Source: Polyangiales bacterium
GTDB lineage: Bacteria; Myxococcota_A; Polyangia; Polyangiales; Houyiibacteriaceae
NCBI GenBank assembly: GCA_045106895.1
Contig: JBGCFM010000246.1
Coordinates: 1-14,893 of the forward strand
DNA length: 14,893 nucleotides
Direction: 5' to 3'
Below, one piece after another: positions 7,683 to 14,893 of this stretch; within the stretch, counting starts at the first letter, position 1, and every line of letters begins with the position of its first letter. The position numbers were made by a program, and so were the translations under genes. Below the pieces are notes generated by a model. That model saw only the letters and a program-made list of their open reading frames with translations, was not told where the DNA came from and searched no databases.

Positions 7683-9922
7683 GCCAGGATACGAAAAGCC
7701 CCAAGGCGCCCAAGAAGCGAAAGTGGCCCAAGCGTCTCGTCGCCGTCGCCCTTGGACTTCTGGCCGGCGTGCTCATCACCGAGGCCGTGTTTTGGTTCCG
7801 CGATGATGGCGCGTTTCCTCACGTGAACTTCTACCAAGCCGACGCGGAGCTCGGCGTTCGTCTGCGGCCCGGCGCCACAATGCGTTTTAGCTTTCAGGAC
7901 AACCCCGTCAACGATATCCAGGTCAACGGCGAAGGCTACCGCGGCGAAGAGTGGCCTGAGGGGCGAGAGAACGAGATCCTCGTGGTGGGCGACTCGCAGG
8001 TCTTCGGCCTCGGAGTGAACGACGATGAGACGATGGCGGCGCGTCTTGCCGAGCTAAGCGGTCGCCCCGTCATCAACGGCGGCGTGCCGACCTATGGACC
8101 TCAGGAATACACCGCCGTCGCCGGCGAACTCATGGCGGAGCGCGATATTCGCACCGTCGTGTACGTGGTGAACATGTCCAATGACTTCTTCGAGGACACA
8201 CGCCCCAACACGCAGCGCCACGCCGTGTGGGACGGGTGGGCCGTACGAGCGGAGCTGGCGCCAGAGACCATCACATCGTTCCCCGGCCGTGAGCTCCTCT
8301 ACCGACAGTCCCATGCGTTCTACGCGCTGCGCAGGCTCCTCAACGAAGGTGAAGCGGGGCCGGATGCGGTGACGTCCGAAGGACGCTGGGAGGACCTCGT
8401 CACGACCTCCTCGGAAGCGGCTTCGTCACGCGAAAGCGCCGCTACCGACGCTGCGCGGGCGGCGGACGACCTGCGTCTCGACAGGCTACGCGTGGTGCAA
8501 GCCAGCGTCGCCGCGGACAACGCCGTCGACGCGCGTCTACGAGAGCCCATGCAGGCGCAGTATGACTGGGACGACGACTACGCCGAGATCCGCACCTTGG
8601 ACGTGGCACGGGGCAACCCCGGCGACATCGTCGAAGAGGAAGACTCGGAGGAAGGACGCAGCGTCGCGGCGACTTCGGCGTTGATCCGAAGAGCGATTCG
8701 GCGTCGCAACGAACTCATCGAGGCGCGCCTTGAAGCGGACCCGATGCTCGGCCGCGTTCTCGAGGCGCAGAACGCGGTTCACGCGCAGCGCCTCCGCCTG
8801 CGGGGACTATCCCCGGCGGATTCTATTCGCGTTCCCTCGACGCTTGAGACCCGCCTCGCGGAGGTTCACGCGCTCTGTGAAGAGAACGGCGCCGAGCTAC
8901 TCGTCGTCGCCTTGCCCCTCGACGTGCTCGTGTCGAGTGAGGAGTGGGCGAAGTACGAGGCCACGCCCGTCGACATGGAGCCAACGCGGGTTCTCTTGAG
9001 CGACCTGGTGGCTTCGGCGCATCACTTGGGCGCACGCAGCTTTGACGCCACCGACGCCCTTCGCGCCGCGGAGCCGGGAGCGTTCCTCCGTGGCGATCTT
9101 CACATGACGGCGAAGGGGCAGAACGCGTTGGCCGAGGCCGTGGCTGAGGTGCTCGACTCTCCGCTGCCTCTCCGGCGGCCGGAACCTGGGTTTCCCGAAG
9201 GACGTTCGGTGCTTCCTGCGGCGGAAGAGTGGGTGCGCACGCAGGAAGCCACGGTGCGAGGGTCGAGCGCAGCGCGCTGCGAGACGGTCCGCGTTCGTGA
9301 GTGGCTGCGCGTCACCTGCGTTCCATCCGGCCGAAATCGTCCAACGGGAGTCACCATGCTCGAAGGTGACGAGGGCGAAGCGCTAACGCTTGTCACGGCC
9401 GACGCCTCGGACCTCATAGTGCCTTTGCGGCCCGGCGCGACGGTGCGCGCCGACTTCCACTGGACGAGCCGAACGCAGACGCTCTCGGTGACGTGGGCGG
9501 AGGGCGCCGAGGAGCCGGAGATGGCTTTCGGTGAAGCCCGCGACGCAGAGCGGCCTACCCGGGAGACGAACGAAGCGACGGAGCGCCTTTGCGCTTGTTA
9601 TCAGGAGGTGGTCCACGAGTACTCGTGCCGAAATCGCCGCAACTCCTACGGCACCTTCGTCGACTACGAGCACGACTGCTATGAGCCTGTCTGCACGCAT
9701 CTCTTCGGCGAGGCGACGGACGCATGCATCGCGACCCACGGGGAAGACTGCGACGCGCTCTTGCGATGTGTTCAAGGGGACCGCAGCGCCTCCCCAGCAT
9801 GTCCAGAAGGGCACGCCATCGCCGGGGGGACCGGCCACTGCTTTGCCCTCTGTGACGACGCCCATCCTTGTGAGTCCGGCACCTGTGCGCCGTGGCAGGG
9901 GACAGGGATCTGTCGCCCGTGA
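7679..9922 (+). CDS. Membrane-anchored SGNH/GDSL hydrolase-family protein with a Cys-rich C-terminal region (747 aa)
   Basis: Basic N-terminus plus TM helix (KRLVAVALGLLAGVLITEAVFWF). SGNH blocks: ILVVGDSQVFG (I), VINGGVPTYG (II), VVNMSND (III), GDLHMTAKGQ (V). The real start is ATG 7679, not 6677. Confidence 0.85.
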   Translation: MSQDTKSPKAPKKRKWPKRLVAVALGLLAGVLITEAVFWFRDDGAFPHVNFYQADAELGVRLRPGATMRFSFQDNPVNDIQVNGEGYRGEEWPEGRENEILVVGDSQVFGLGVNDDETMAARLAELSGRPVINGGVPTYGPQEYTAVAGELMAERDIRTVVYVVNMSNDFFEDTRPNTQRHAVWDGWAVRAELAPETITSFPGRELLYRQSHAFYALRRLLNEGEAGPDAVTSEGRWEDLVTTSSEAASSRESAATDAARAADDLRLDRLRVVQASVAADNAVDARLREPMQAQYDWDDDYAEIRTLDVARGNPGDIVEEEDSEEGRSVAATSALIRRAIRRRNELIEARLEADPMLGRVLEAQNAVHAQRLRLRGLSPADSIRVPSTLETRLAEVHALCEENGAELLVVALPLDVLVSSEEWAKYEATPVDMEPTRVLLSDLVASAHHLGARSFDATDALRAAEPGAFLRGDLHMTAKGQNALAEAVAEVLDSPLPLRRPEPGFPEGRSVLPAAEEWVRTQEATVRGSSAARCETVRVREWLRVTCVPSGRNRPTGVTMLEGDEGEALTLVTADASDLIVPLRPGATVRADFHWTSRTQTLSVTWAEGAEEPEMAFGEARDAERPTRETNEATERLCACYQEVVHEYSCRNRRNSYGTFVDYEHDCYEPVCTHLFGEATDACIATHGEDCDALLRCVQGDRSASPACPEGHAIAGGTGHCFALCDDAHPCESGTCAPWQGTGICRP

Positions 9923-9962
9923 GCCCGCAGCGCATGGCCTGTCCGGCGGTCCACGGCGGCCG

Positions 9963-10604
9963 ATGAGGGCTCTCGCCGACTTCTTCTACACGCTCAGCTG
10001 GCGCGTGCCGGGACGTACGTGGCGGCGGCTCTACGCCTTCGCCGAAGCCGAGGCAGAGAGCGCCCTTGAGCTACGATGTGCCGCGGCCCAGACGAGCGAC
10101 GCGGAGCTTGCGGCGAAGTTCCTGCGTCACGCCGAAGACGAAGCACGACACGCTCGTATCTTGCTTCGGCGCGCGGAGGTGGCACGTGGTCGCGGGCCCC
10201 TCGCGCCGCCCCGAATGGCGCACGCCCACCTATATCGAGCCCTTGGGGAGGACGCGTTCATCGCGTTCGTGCTGCGGGGAGAGACGCGAGGCCGGCGCCA
10301 GTTTGAAGCCCACGTTCGGTATTTCGAAGAGCGAGATCCGGCGCTCTCGACGGCCCTTGCTTCGATTTTGGCGGATGAGCGCCAGCATGAGTCGTACACG
10401 CGTACGCTCCTGGCGGAGCGCTCGGACGCGCCGTCGCTCCGTCGCGGTGTCGCTTGGCGCGACCGCGCTTACCGTTGGCGGCGCGCTGGCACGCTCCTGA
10501 CGGCGCCGCTCTTCGCGTTGACGATGGGGGTTCTCTACCTTTTGTCGGCGCCGCTTGCCCTGATGACGAAGCGTCCTCGTCCGGGTTGGCGCGAGGGCGA
10601 GTAG
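9963..10604 (+). CDS. Ferritin-like diiron-carboxylate protein with a C-terminal membrane segment (SxtJ-like), 213 aa
   Basis: Two E-x~30-ExxH motifs (FAEAEAES…AEDEARH and RGETRG…LADERQH). Hydrophobic tail WRRAGTLLTAPLFALTMGVLYLLSAPLALM. Stop overlaps the next start (TAGTG 10602-10606). Confidence 0.8.
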   Translation: MRALADFFYTLSWRVPGRTWRRLYAFAEAEAESALELRCAAAQTSDAELAAKFLRHAEDEARHARILLRRAEVARGRGPLAPPRMAHAHLYRALGEDAFIAFVLRGETRGRRQFEAHVRYFEERDPALSTALASILADERQHESYTRTLLAERSDAPSLRRGVAWRDRAYRWRRAGTLLTAPLFALTMGVLYLLSAPLALMTKRPRPGWREGE

Positions 10605-12310
10605 TGGCCGCGGTACTCGGCATCAGCGCCTACTACCATGACGCCGCTGCGGCTCTCGTCGTGGACGGCCGCATCGTGGCGGCACAGCAGGAAGAGCGCC
10701 TCTCGCGCGTCAAGAATGACCCCTCGCTACCGAAGAGCGCCATCGACGCGTGTCTGGCTCTCGGCGGCATCGACCCGCGAAGCCTCGACCGCATCGTCTT
10801 CTACGAAAACCCTTACCGAAAGCTCGAACGGGTGCTGGTGGGTTCACTCTCTGCTTTCCCCCGCGGCGCTCGCTTCTTTCGGCGCGCGCTGCGCAGTCAG
10901 CTCGGCGAGAAGCTCTGGGTACTCGACGCCCTCAGCGATCACTGCGGCGTCCATCGAAGCAAAGTCCGTTTCGTTGACCATCATGAGAGTCACGCGGCGA
11001 GTGCGCTTTGGTGCGCGCCTTTCGAAGACGCCGTCGCGCTCACCGTCGACGGTGTTGGCGAAGAAGAGACGACGGCGATCTGGACCATGGAAGACGGCCG
11101 ACCGAAGCGCGTCACGTCCCTTGGCCACCCTCACTCCCTCGGGCTCTTCTACGCCGCGATCACAGCGTACTTGGGCTTCCGAGTGAACGAGGGCGAGTTC
11201 AAGGTGATGGGTCTCGCGGCCTATGGAGAGCCGCGCTTGTCCAAAGAGATCGCCGAGCTCCTGCGGCCGATGGAAGATGGTGCGTTTGCGCTAAACGCGC
11301 GCGCTTTTGCGGACCATTTGGATGTCGAAAAGGCCTTTGGCGCGGAGTTCGTGCAGCGCTTGGGTCCGCCGCGGGATGCACATCGCGAGTGGAACTTGGA
11401 CGACCCCGAAGACCGGCGCTTCGCCGACGTCGCCGCGAGCGCTCAGCTGGCGCTCGAAGATGCCATGCTCGGTCTGGCCAACCATGCGCGCGAACGAAGC
11501 GGCGCGTCCAATCTCGCCCTCGCCGGCGGCGTTGCGCTGAACTGCCGGGCGAACGCGCGACTCCTCGCCGAGACGGAGTTTGAGCGCGTTTTCGTTCAGC
11601 CCGCCGCGGGCGATGCCGGCGGGGCCCTTGGCGCCGCGCTCCTTGGCGCAGCCGATGAAGGCGACGACGTCGCGGACGCCTGGCGCGACTTTGTCCCTGG
11701 ACTCGGCGTCGCCGCAGACGCATCCAAGGCGATGGACGTCGCGCGTCACCTTGGCCTTCGCGCTGAGCGCGTCGATGACGCGGCGGAGGCGTGCGCGACA
11801 CGTCTCGAAGAGGGCGAGATCGTCGCCTGGGTTCAGGGGCGCGCCGAGTGGGGCCCGCGCGCGTTAGGGCATCGTTCGCTCCTCTCGCGTGCCGACGACA
11901 TCACGCTACGCGACACTCTCAACCGGCGGATCAAAGGCCGCGAAGCATTCCGGCCTTTTGCGCCGATGATGCTCGACGAGCGCGCCGCGGCGCTTCTTGA
12001 AGACGCACCAAACGACATGACGCCCGCGATGACTACCACCTGCAGAGTCGCGGACGCAGACGCGCTCTCGGGGTGCACGCACGTCGACGGCACGGCTCGC
12101 GCGCAGACCGTCAGCGAAGGTGGCGCGCCCGCTGGGCTCCTCAGCGCAGCGGACAAACGTGGCCTGCCAGCTCTGTTGAACACTTCCCTCAACGCCGCCT
12201 CGGAGCCTCTGGTTGCCCACGCGACGGACGCGCTGGACTTCTTCGTTCGCAGAAAACCAGACGCCCTCTTCGTGGAGGACGTCCTGATCACGCGGGCGCC
12301 AGATCGATGA
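10604..12310 (+). CDS. O-carbamoyltransferase, NodU/CmcH/TobZ/SxtI family (568 aa)
   Basis: GTG start at 10604. Family motifs LGISAYYHDAAAAL, EERLSRVK, HHESHAAS, TVDGVGE, HSLGLFY, GEFKVMGLAAYG, AGGVALN, PAAGDAGGALGAA, EWGPRALGHRS, KGREAFRPFAP, HVDGTARAQTV and LLNTSLN. Confidence 0.95.
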   Translation: MAAVLGISAYYHDAAAALVVDGRIVAAQQEERLSRVKNDPSLPKSAIDACLALGGIDPRSLDRIVFYENPYRKLERVLVGSLSAFPRGARFFRRALRSQLGEKLWVLDALSDHCGVHRSKVRFVDHHESHAASALWCAPFEDAVALTVDGVGEEETTAIWTMEDGRPKRVTSLGHPHSLGLFYAAITAYLGFRVNEGEFKVMGLAAYGEPRLSKEIAELLRPMEDGAFALNARAFADHLDVEKAFGAEFVQRLGPPRDAHREWNLDDPEDRRFADVAASAQLALEDAMLGLANHARERSGASNLALAGGVALNCRANARLLAETEFERVFVQPAAGDAGGALGAALLGAADEGDDVADAWRDFVPGLGVAADASKAMDVARHLGLRAERVDDAAEACATRLEEGEIVAWVQGRAEWGPRALGHRSLLSRADDITLRDTLNRRIKGREAFRPFAPMMLDERAAALLEDAPNDMTPAMTTTCRVADADALSGCTHVDGTARAQTVSEGGAPAGLLSAADKRGLPALLNTSLNAASEPLVAHATDALDFFVRRKPDALFVEDVLITRAPDR

Positions 12311-12468
12311 GCCGTCTCGCAACGATACGCGGCCTCCTCGCGCACTTCTTCGCCCGCGGAAAGTTCTTCTTCATTCCGCTTCTGATCGTCCTGCTCATCG
12401 CGGGCGTGCTGCTGCTCCTCACCGGCGGCCTGAGCTACGTCGCCCCCTTCGTCTACACGCTCTTTTGA
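12307..12468 (+). CDS. Small membrane protein, SxtK/DUF5989-like (53 aa)
   Basis: ATGA overlap with the carbamoyltransferase stop. Sequence MSRLATIRGLLAHFFARGKFFFIPLLIVLLIAGVLLLLTGGLSYVAPFVYTLF ends in the family signature APFxYTLF. Confidence 0.9.
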   Translation: MSRLATIRGLLAHFFARGKFFFIPLLIVLLIAGVLLLLTGGLSYVAPFVYTLF

Positions 12469-12546
12469 GGGCTGATGCACGAAGCGTCGGTGTTCTTCTG
12501 CGAAAACGACGCGACTCCGTGAGGCTTCTGCCGCTAACATCGAAGC

Positions 12547-13416
12547 ATGGAGAGTCTTGAGCTACCGACCCTCGAAGGAGCACGAAACAAGGGTCTACGC
12601 GTACGCTCGGCGCCGGCGTGGCAGTTTTGGAACCGGAAGAACGTCCTCGCAGGCGACCCGGACCACCTTCAGAAGCTCGGCGCTCTCTGGCTCGACGCGC
12701 GGCTGCTGATCCGTTCGACGCGGAACAGCGTTCAACACGTGGGTCCGCGCGTCCTCAGCTCACTCGCGAGGGCCGAACGCAAGCCCGAGGGCGAGGGGCA
12801 GAGCCGCTACATCGGAGCGCTCCTCGACCCTGCGCCGCTCACGTGTACGTTCTGCACGATGTCCCCAGGCCAGTGCTACTGCGCCGGCTGTGGCGGCGAG
12901 GGTTATCGCTTGGAGCAGCGCTCCGACGGACGAGGGAACACCCGCACTGTGCGAATCAGCTGTGAGGCCTGTCGAGGGAGCGGCCGGGTGGAGTGCGGAA
13001 ACTGTGATGGCACCGCAATGAGTCAGCGCGTGGACATGGTCTGGGTGGAAGACGACTGGAAAGAGCTTCGTTATCTCTATGTGCCTTCGCTGCCCTTCGC
13101 CCTTGAGAGCGTCGTGCGAAACTACGCGGAGGCGGTGGAGTCATGGCCGGCGGCTCTCTCCATGCCCCTTGAGGAGCAGCTGATCAGTGGTCCTTACCGT
13201 AGCGGCCCGACCTCCGTGGAAGAGTTCCGCGGTTTCACCGTCGATGGGCCCATCGACATGGCGCGGGACATGGTCGACCGCATTCGCGGCGGCGGTCGCG
13301 TGCTGAGCGCCGAGGTGAGCGCCTACGTGCTGCCACTCCTCCACATACGTTTTGGCTCCATGCAGGTCGTCATTCATCACCAAGTCGAAGGCGGAATGGC
13401 CGTCGTGCACACGTAG
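12547..13416 (+). CDS. Protein with a DnaJ-type CxxCxGxG zinc-finger region, no J-domain (289 aa)
   Basis: CTFC, CAGCGGEG, CEACRGSG and CGNCDG at about 12844-13011. No HPD motif or J-domain. Confidence 0.75.
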   Translation: MESLELPTLEGARNKGLRVRSAPAWQFWNRKNVLAGDPDHLQKLGALWLDARLLIRSTRNSVQHVGPRVLSSLARAERKPEGEGQSRYIGALLDPAPLTCTFCTMSPGQCYCAGCGGEGYRLEQRSDGRGNTRTVRISCEACRGSGRVECGNCDGTAMSQRVDMVWVEDDWKELRYLYVPSLPFALESVVRNYAEAVESWPAALSMPLEEQLISGPYRSGPTSVEEFRGFTVDGPIDMARDMVDRIRGGGRVLSAEVSAYVLPLLHIRFGSMQVVIHHQVEGGMAVVHT

Positions 13417-13523
13417 GCTATCTCGAGGCTTTAGCAGTCTAGGTAATCGGAGAAGGTTGGCGCGCAGAACGTGCGTTTGGCGAAAAGGCCTGTTTAGAGG
13501 CCACAATGCGCACGCGCGCGGCC

Positions 13524-13555
13524 TTGACGCGAGCCCACCTGGGTCTAGGAACCCA
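13524..13555 (+). promoter_or_regulatory. Putative sigma70-type promoter with an overlapping inverted repeat, upstream of the MATE gene
   Basis: TTGACG (13524-13529), 16-nt spacer, TAGGAA (13546-13551). The inverted repeat TGGGT-N6-ACCCA (13540-13555) spans the -10 element. The -10 match is weak. Confidence 0.3.
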
Positions 13556-13583
13556 ATCCGGCCTATGGTGCCGGCGGAGCATA

Positions 13584-14893
13584 TTGGACGACGAAAAGCA
13601 GAAACGGCTTCTGACCGGGCCCGTAGGCCCGACGCTCCTCCGCATGGCCCTCCCGATGACGATGGGTATTGCCGCCGTCATCTTTTTCAACATCGTCGAC
13701 ACCTTCTGGGTCGGCCAGCTCGGCGGCGACGAGCTGGCGGCGATGGCGTTCACCTTTCCCGTCGTCATGGTGGTCAGCAACCTGACGATCGGTCTGTCCA
13801 TTGGCGCCACGGCGGCCATTGCCCGGGCTATCGGCGAAGGTCACCAAGAAAAGGTCCGGCGCCTCACGACGCACGCGCTCATCTTGGCGCTGCTCGTCGT
13901 CATCACCGTCTGCGCCGTCGGCCTCGCCACTTTTGAGCCACTCTTTCGCTCTCTCGGCGCGAGCGAAGAAACGCTTCCGCTCATCAGCGACTACATGATC
14001 CCGTGGTACTTGGGCGTAGGTCTCCTCGTCGTGCCAATGCTCGGCAACGGCGCCATTCGCGCGACGGGCGACATGAAGACCCCAGCCATCGTCATGATGT
14101 GCGCGGGCTTCGTGAACGCTGCCCTCGACCCGCTCCTCATTTTCGGGTGGGGGCCTGTGCCCAAACTAGGCCTCACCGGGGCGGCCATCGCGACCATCAC
14201 GTCCTACGCCATCGCCATGGCGGTGATGAGCTACATCCTCATCCGTCGCGAGAAAATGATCTCCTTCGAGGTGCCATCCTGGTCGAGTCTTCGGACTTCA
14301 TGGGGCGCCATCCTGCTGGTGGGCATCCCCGCCGCAGGCACGAACTTGCTCACGCCTGTCGCCGCCGGCGCTTTGACACGTTTTGTCTCCTCCCACGGAG
14401 ACACCGCCGTCGCTGCCTACGGCGTCGGGACGCGCATCGAGAGCCTCTCGATGATCGGCGTATTCGCGATGACCGCTGTGATTACGACCTTCGTCGGCCA
14501 GAACCACGGCGCGAAGAACGGCCAGCGCATCATGGATACGTTCACCTTCGTGACCAAGGCGAGCGCTATTTGGGGCGGCGGCATTGCGATCCTCCTCTAC
14601 TTCGTGGCGGGGCCCATCGCGCGCGTGTTCAACGAAGACCCGGTGATCATCGAGCAGACGATGCTCTACCTGCGTGTCGTCCCGCTGAGCTACATTACCT
14701 TCGGCATCGCGATCCTCGTCGCGTCGATGTTCAATGCGCTCAACATGCCCTTGAAGGCCACGGCCCTCGCGGCGCTGCGTTTGGTGGTCCTCGCCGTGCC
14801 TCTCGCTTGGCTGGGCTCAACGCTCTACGGACTTGCTGGGCTCTTCGGCGGAATCGTCGCCGCCAACATCACGATGGGCATCGTCGCCTTCGC
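13584..14893 (+). CDS. MATE family efflux transporter (3' truncated by the window end)
   Basis: GGAG 4 nt before TTG 13584. Reads MDDEKQKRLLTGPVGPTLLRMALPMTMGIAAVIFFNIVDTFWVGQLGGDELAAMAFTFP, then RATGDMKTP, NAALDPLLIFG, LGLTGAAIAT, AVAAYGVGTRIE and FVGQNHGA. The 3' end is in the same frame. Missing from the ORF track because there is no stop in the window. Confidence 0.93.
   Translation, partial: MDDEKQKRLLTGPVGPTLLRMALPMTMGIAAVIFFNIVDTFWVGQLGGDELAAMAFTFPVVMVVSNLTIGLSIGATAAIARAIGEGHQEKVRRLTTHALILALLVVITVCAVGLATFEPLFRSLGASEETLPLISDYMIPWYLGVGLLVVPMLGNGAIRATGDMKTPAIVMMCAGFVNAALDPLLIFGWGPVPKLGLTGAAIATITSYAIAMAVMSYILIRREKMISFEVPSWSSLRTSWGAILLVGIPAAGTNLLTPVAAGALTRFVSSHGDTAVAAYGVGTRIESLSMIGVFAMTAVITTFVGQNHGAKNGQRIMDTFTFVTKASAIWGGGIAILLYFVAGPIARVFNEDPVIIEQTMLYLRVVPLSYITFGIAILVASMFNALNMPLKATALAALRLVVLAVPLAWLGSTLYGLAGLFGGIVAANITMGIVAF

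Noticed and set aside
9531..9962. Upstream extensions of the ORF-track calls for the ferritin-like gene (and likewise 10454-10603 and 12073-12306)
   Set aside because: They overlap well-supported genes in other frames. Family homology begins at the later starts 9963, 10604 and 12307.
12484..12512. Imperfect hairpin GCGTCG…CGACGC after the SxtK-like gene as a terminator
   Set aside because: Short stem with mismatches and no U-tract, so it cannot be supported as an intrinsic terminator.
12547..13416. dnaJ
   Set aside because: No J-domain/HPD motif, G/F-rich region or DnaJ C-terminal domain.
13457..13476. Sigma54 promoter (TTGGCGCG…GTGC)
   Set aside because: GG-to-GC spacing is 12 rather than the required 10.
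7679..14893. Saxitoxin biosynthesis cluster
   Set aside because: Only sxtI/J/K/L-like and MATE families are present. No sxtA, sxtG or other core genes are in the window, and these families are widespread.
1..14893. Numerous overlapping or antisense ORFs in the track; CRISPR, tRNA, rRNA or transposase
   Set aside because: The shadow ORFs are Arg/Pro/Ser-rich artefacts typical of high-GC DNA. I saw no repeat-spacer array, RNA gene or transposase/integrase motif.

Overview
GC-rich bacterial window. The gene content (many Cys-rich lipoproteins, RCC1 and vWA-like proteins) suggests a myxobacterium of the Polyangiaceae/Sandaracinaceae type; this is inference only. The left half encodes surface lipoproteins: two tandem, translationally coupled vWA-like Cys-rich paralogs on the minus strand (the upstream one broken by a single extra base near 2665), a TolB/PD40-like propeller and a small unknown lipoprotein. 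A two-domain hypothetical protein follows them. The right half is a tightly coupled + strand operon (6528-12468): RCC1-repeat lipoprotein, membrane-anchored SGNH hydrolase, ferritin-like diiron protein with an SxtJ-like membrane tail, NodU/CmcH/TobZ-type O-carbamoyltransferase and an SxtK/DUF5989-like small membrane protein. Downstream are a DnaJ-type zinc-finger protein without a J-domain and a MATE transporter that runs off the window end. The best candidate for an undescribed system is the carbamoylation cassette, in which the usual SxtJ partner appears fused to a diiron enzyme. I recognised no RNA genes, CRISPR arrays or mobile elements.
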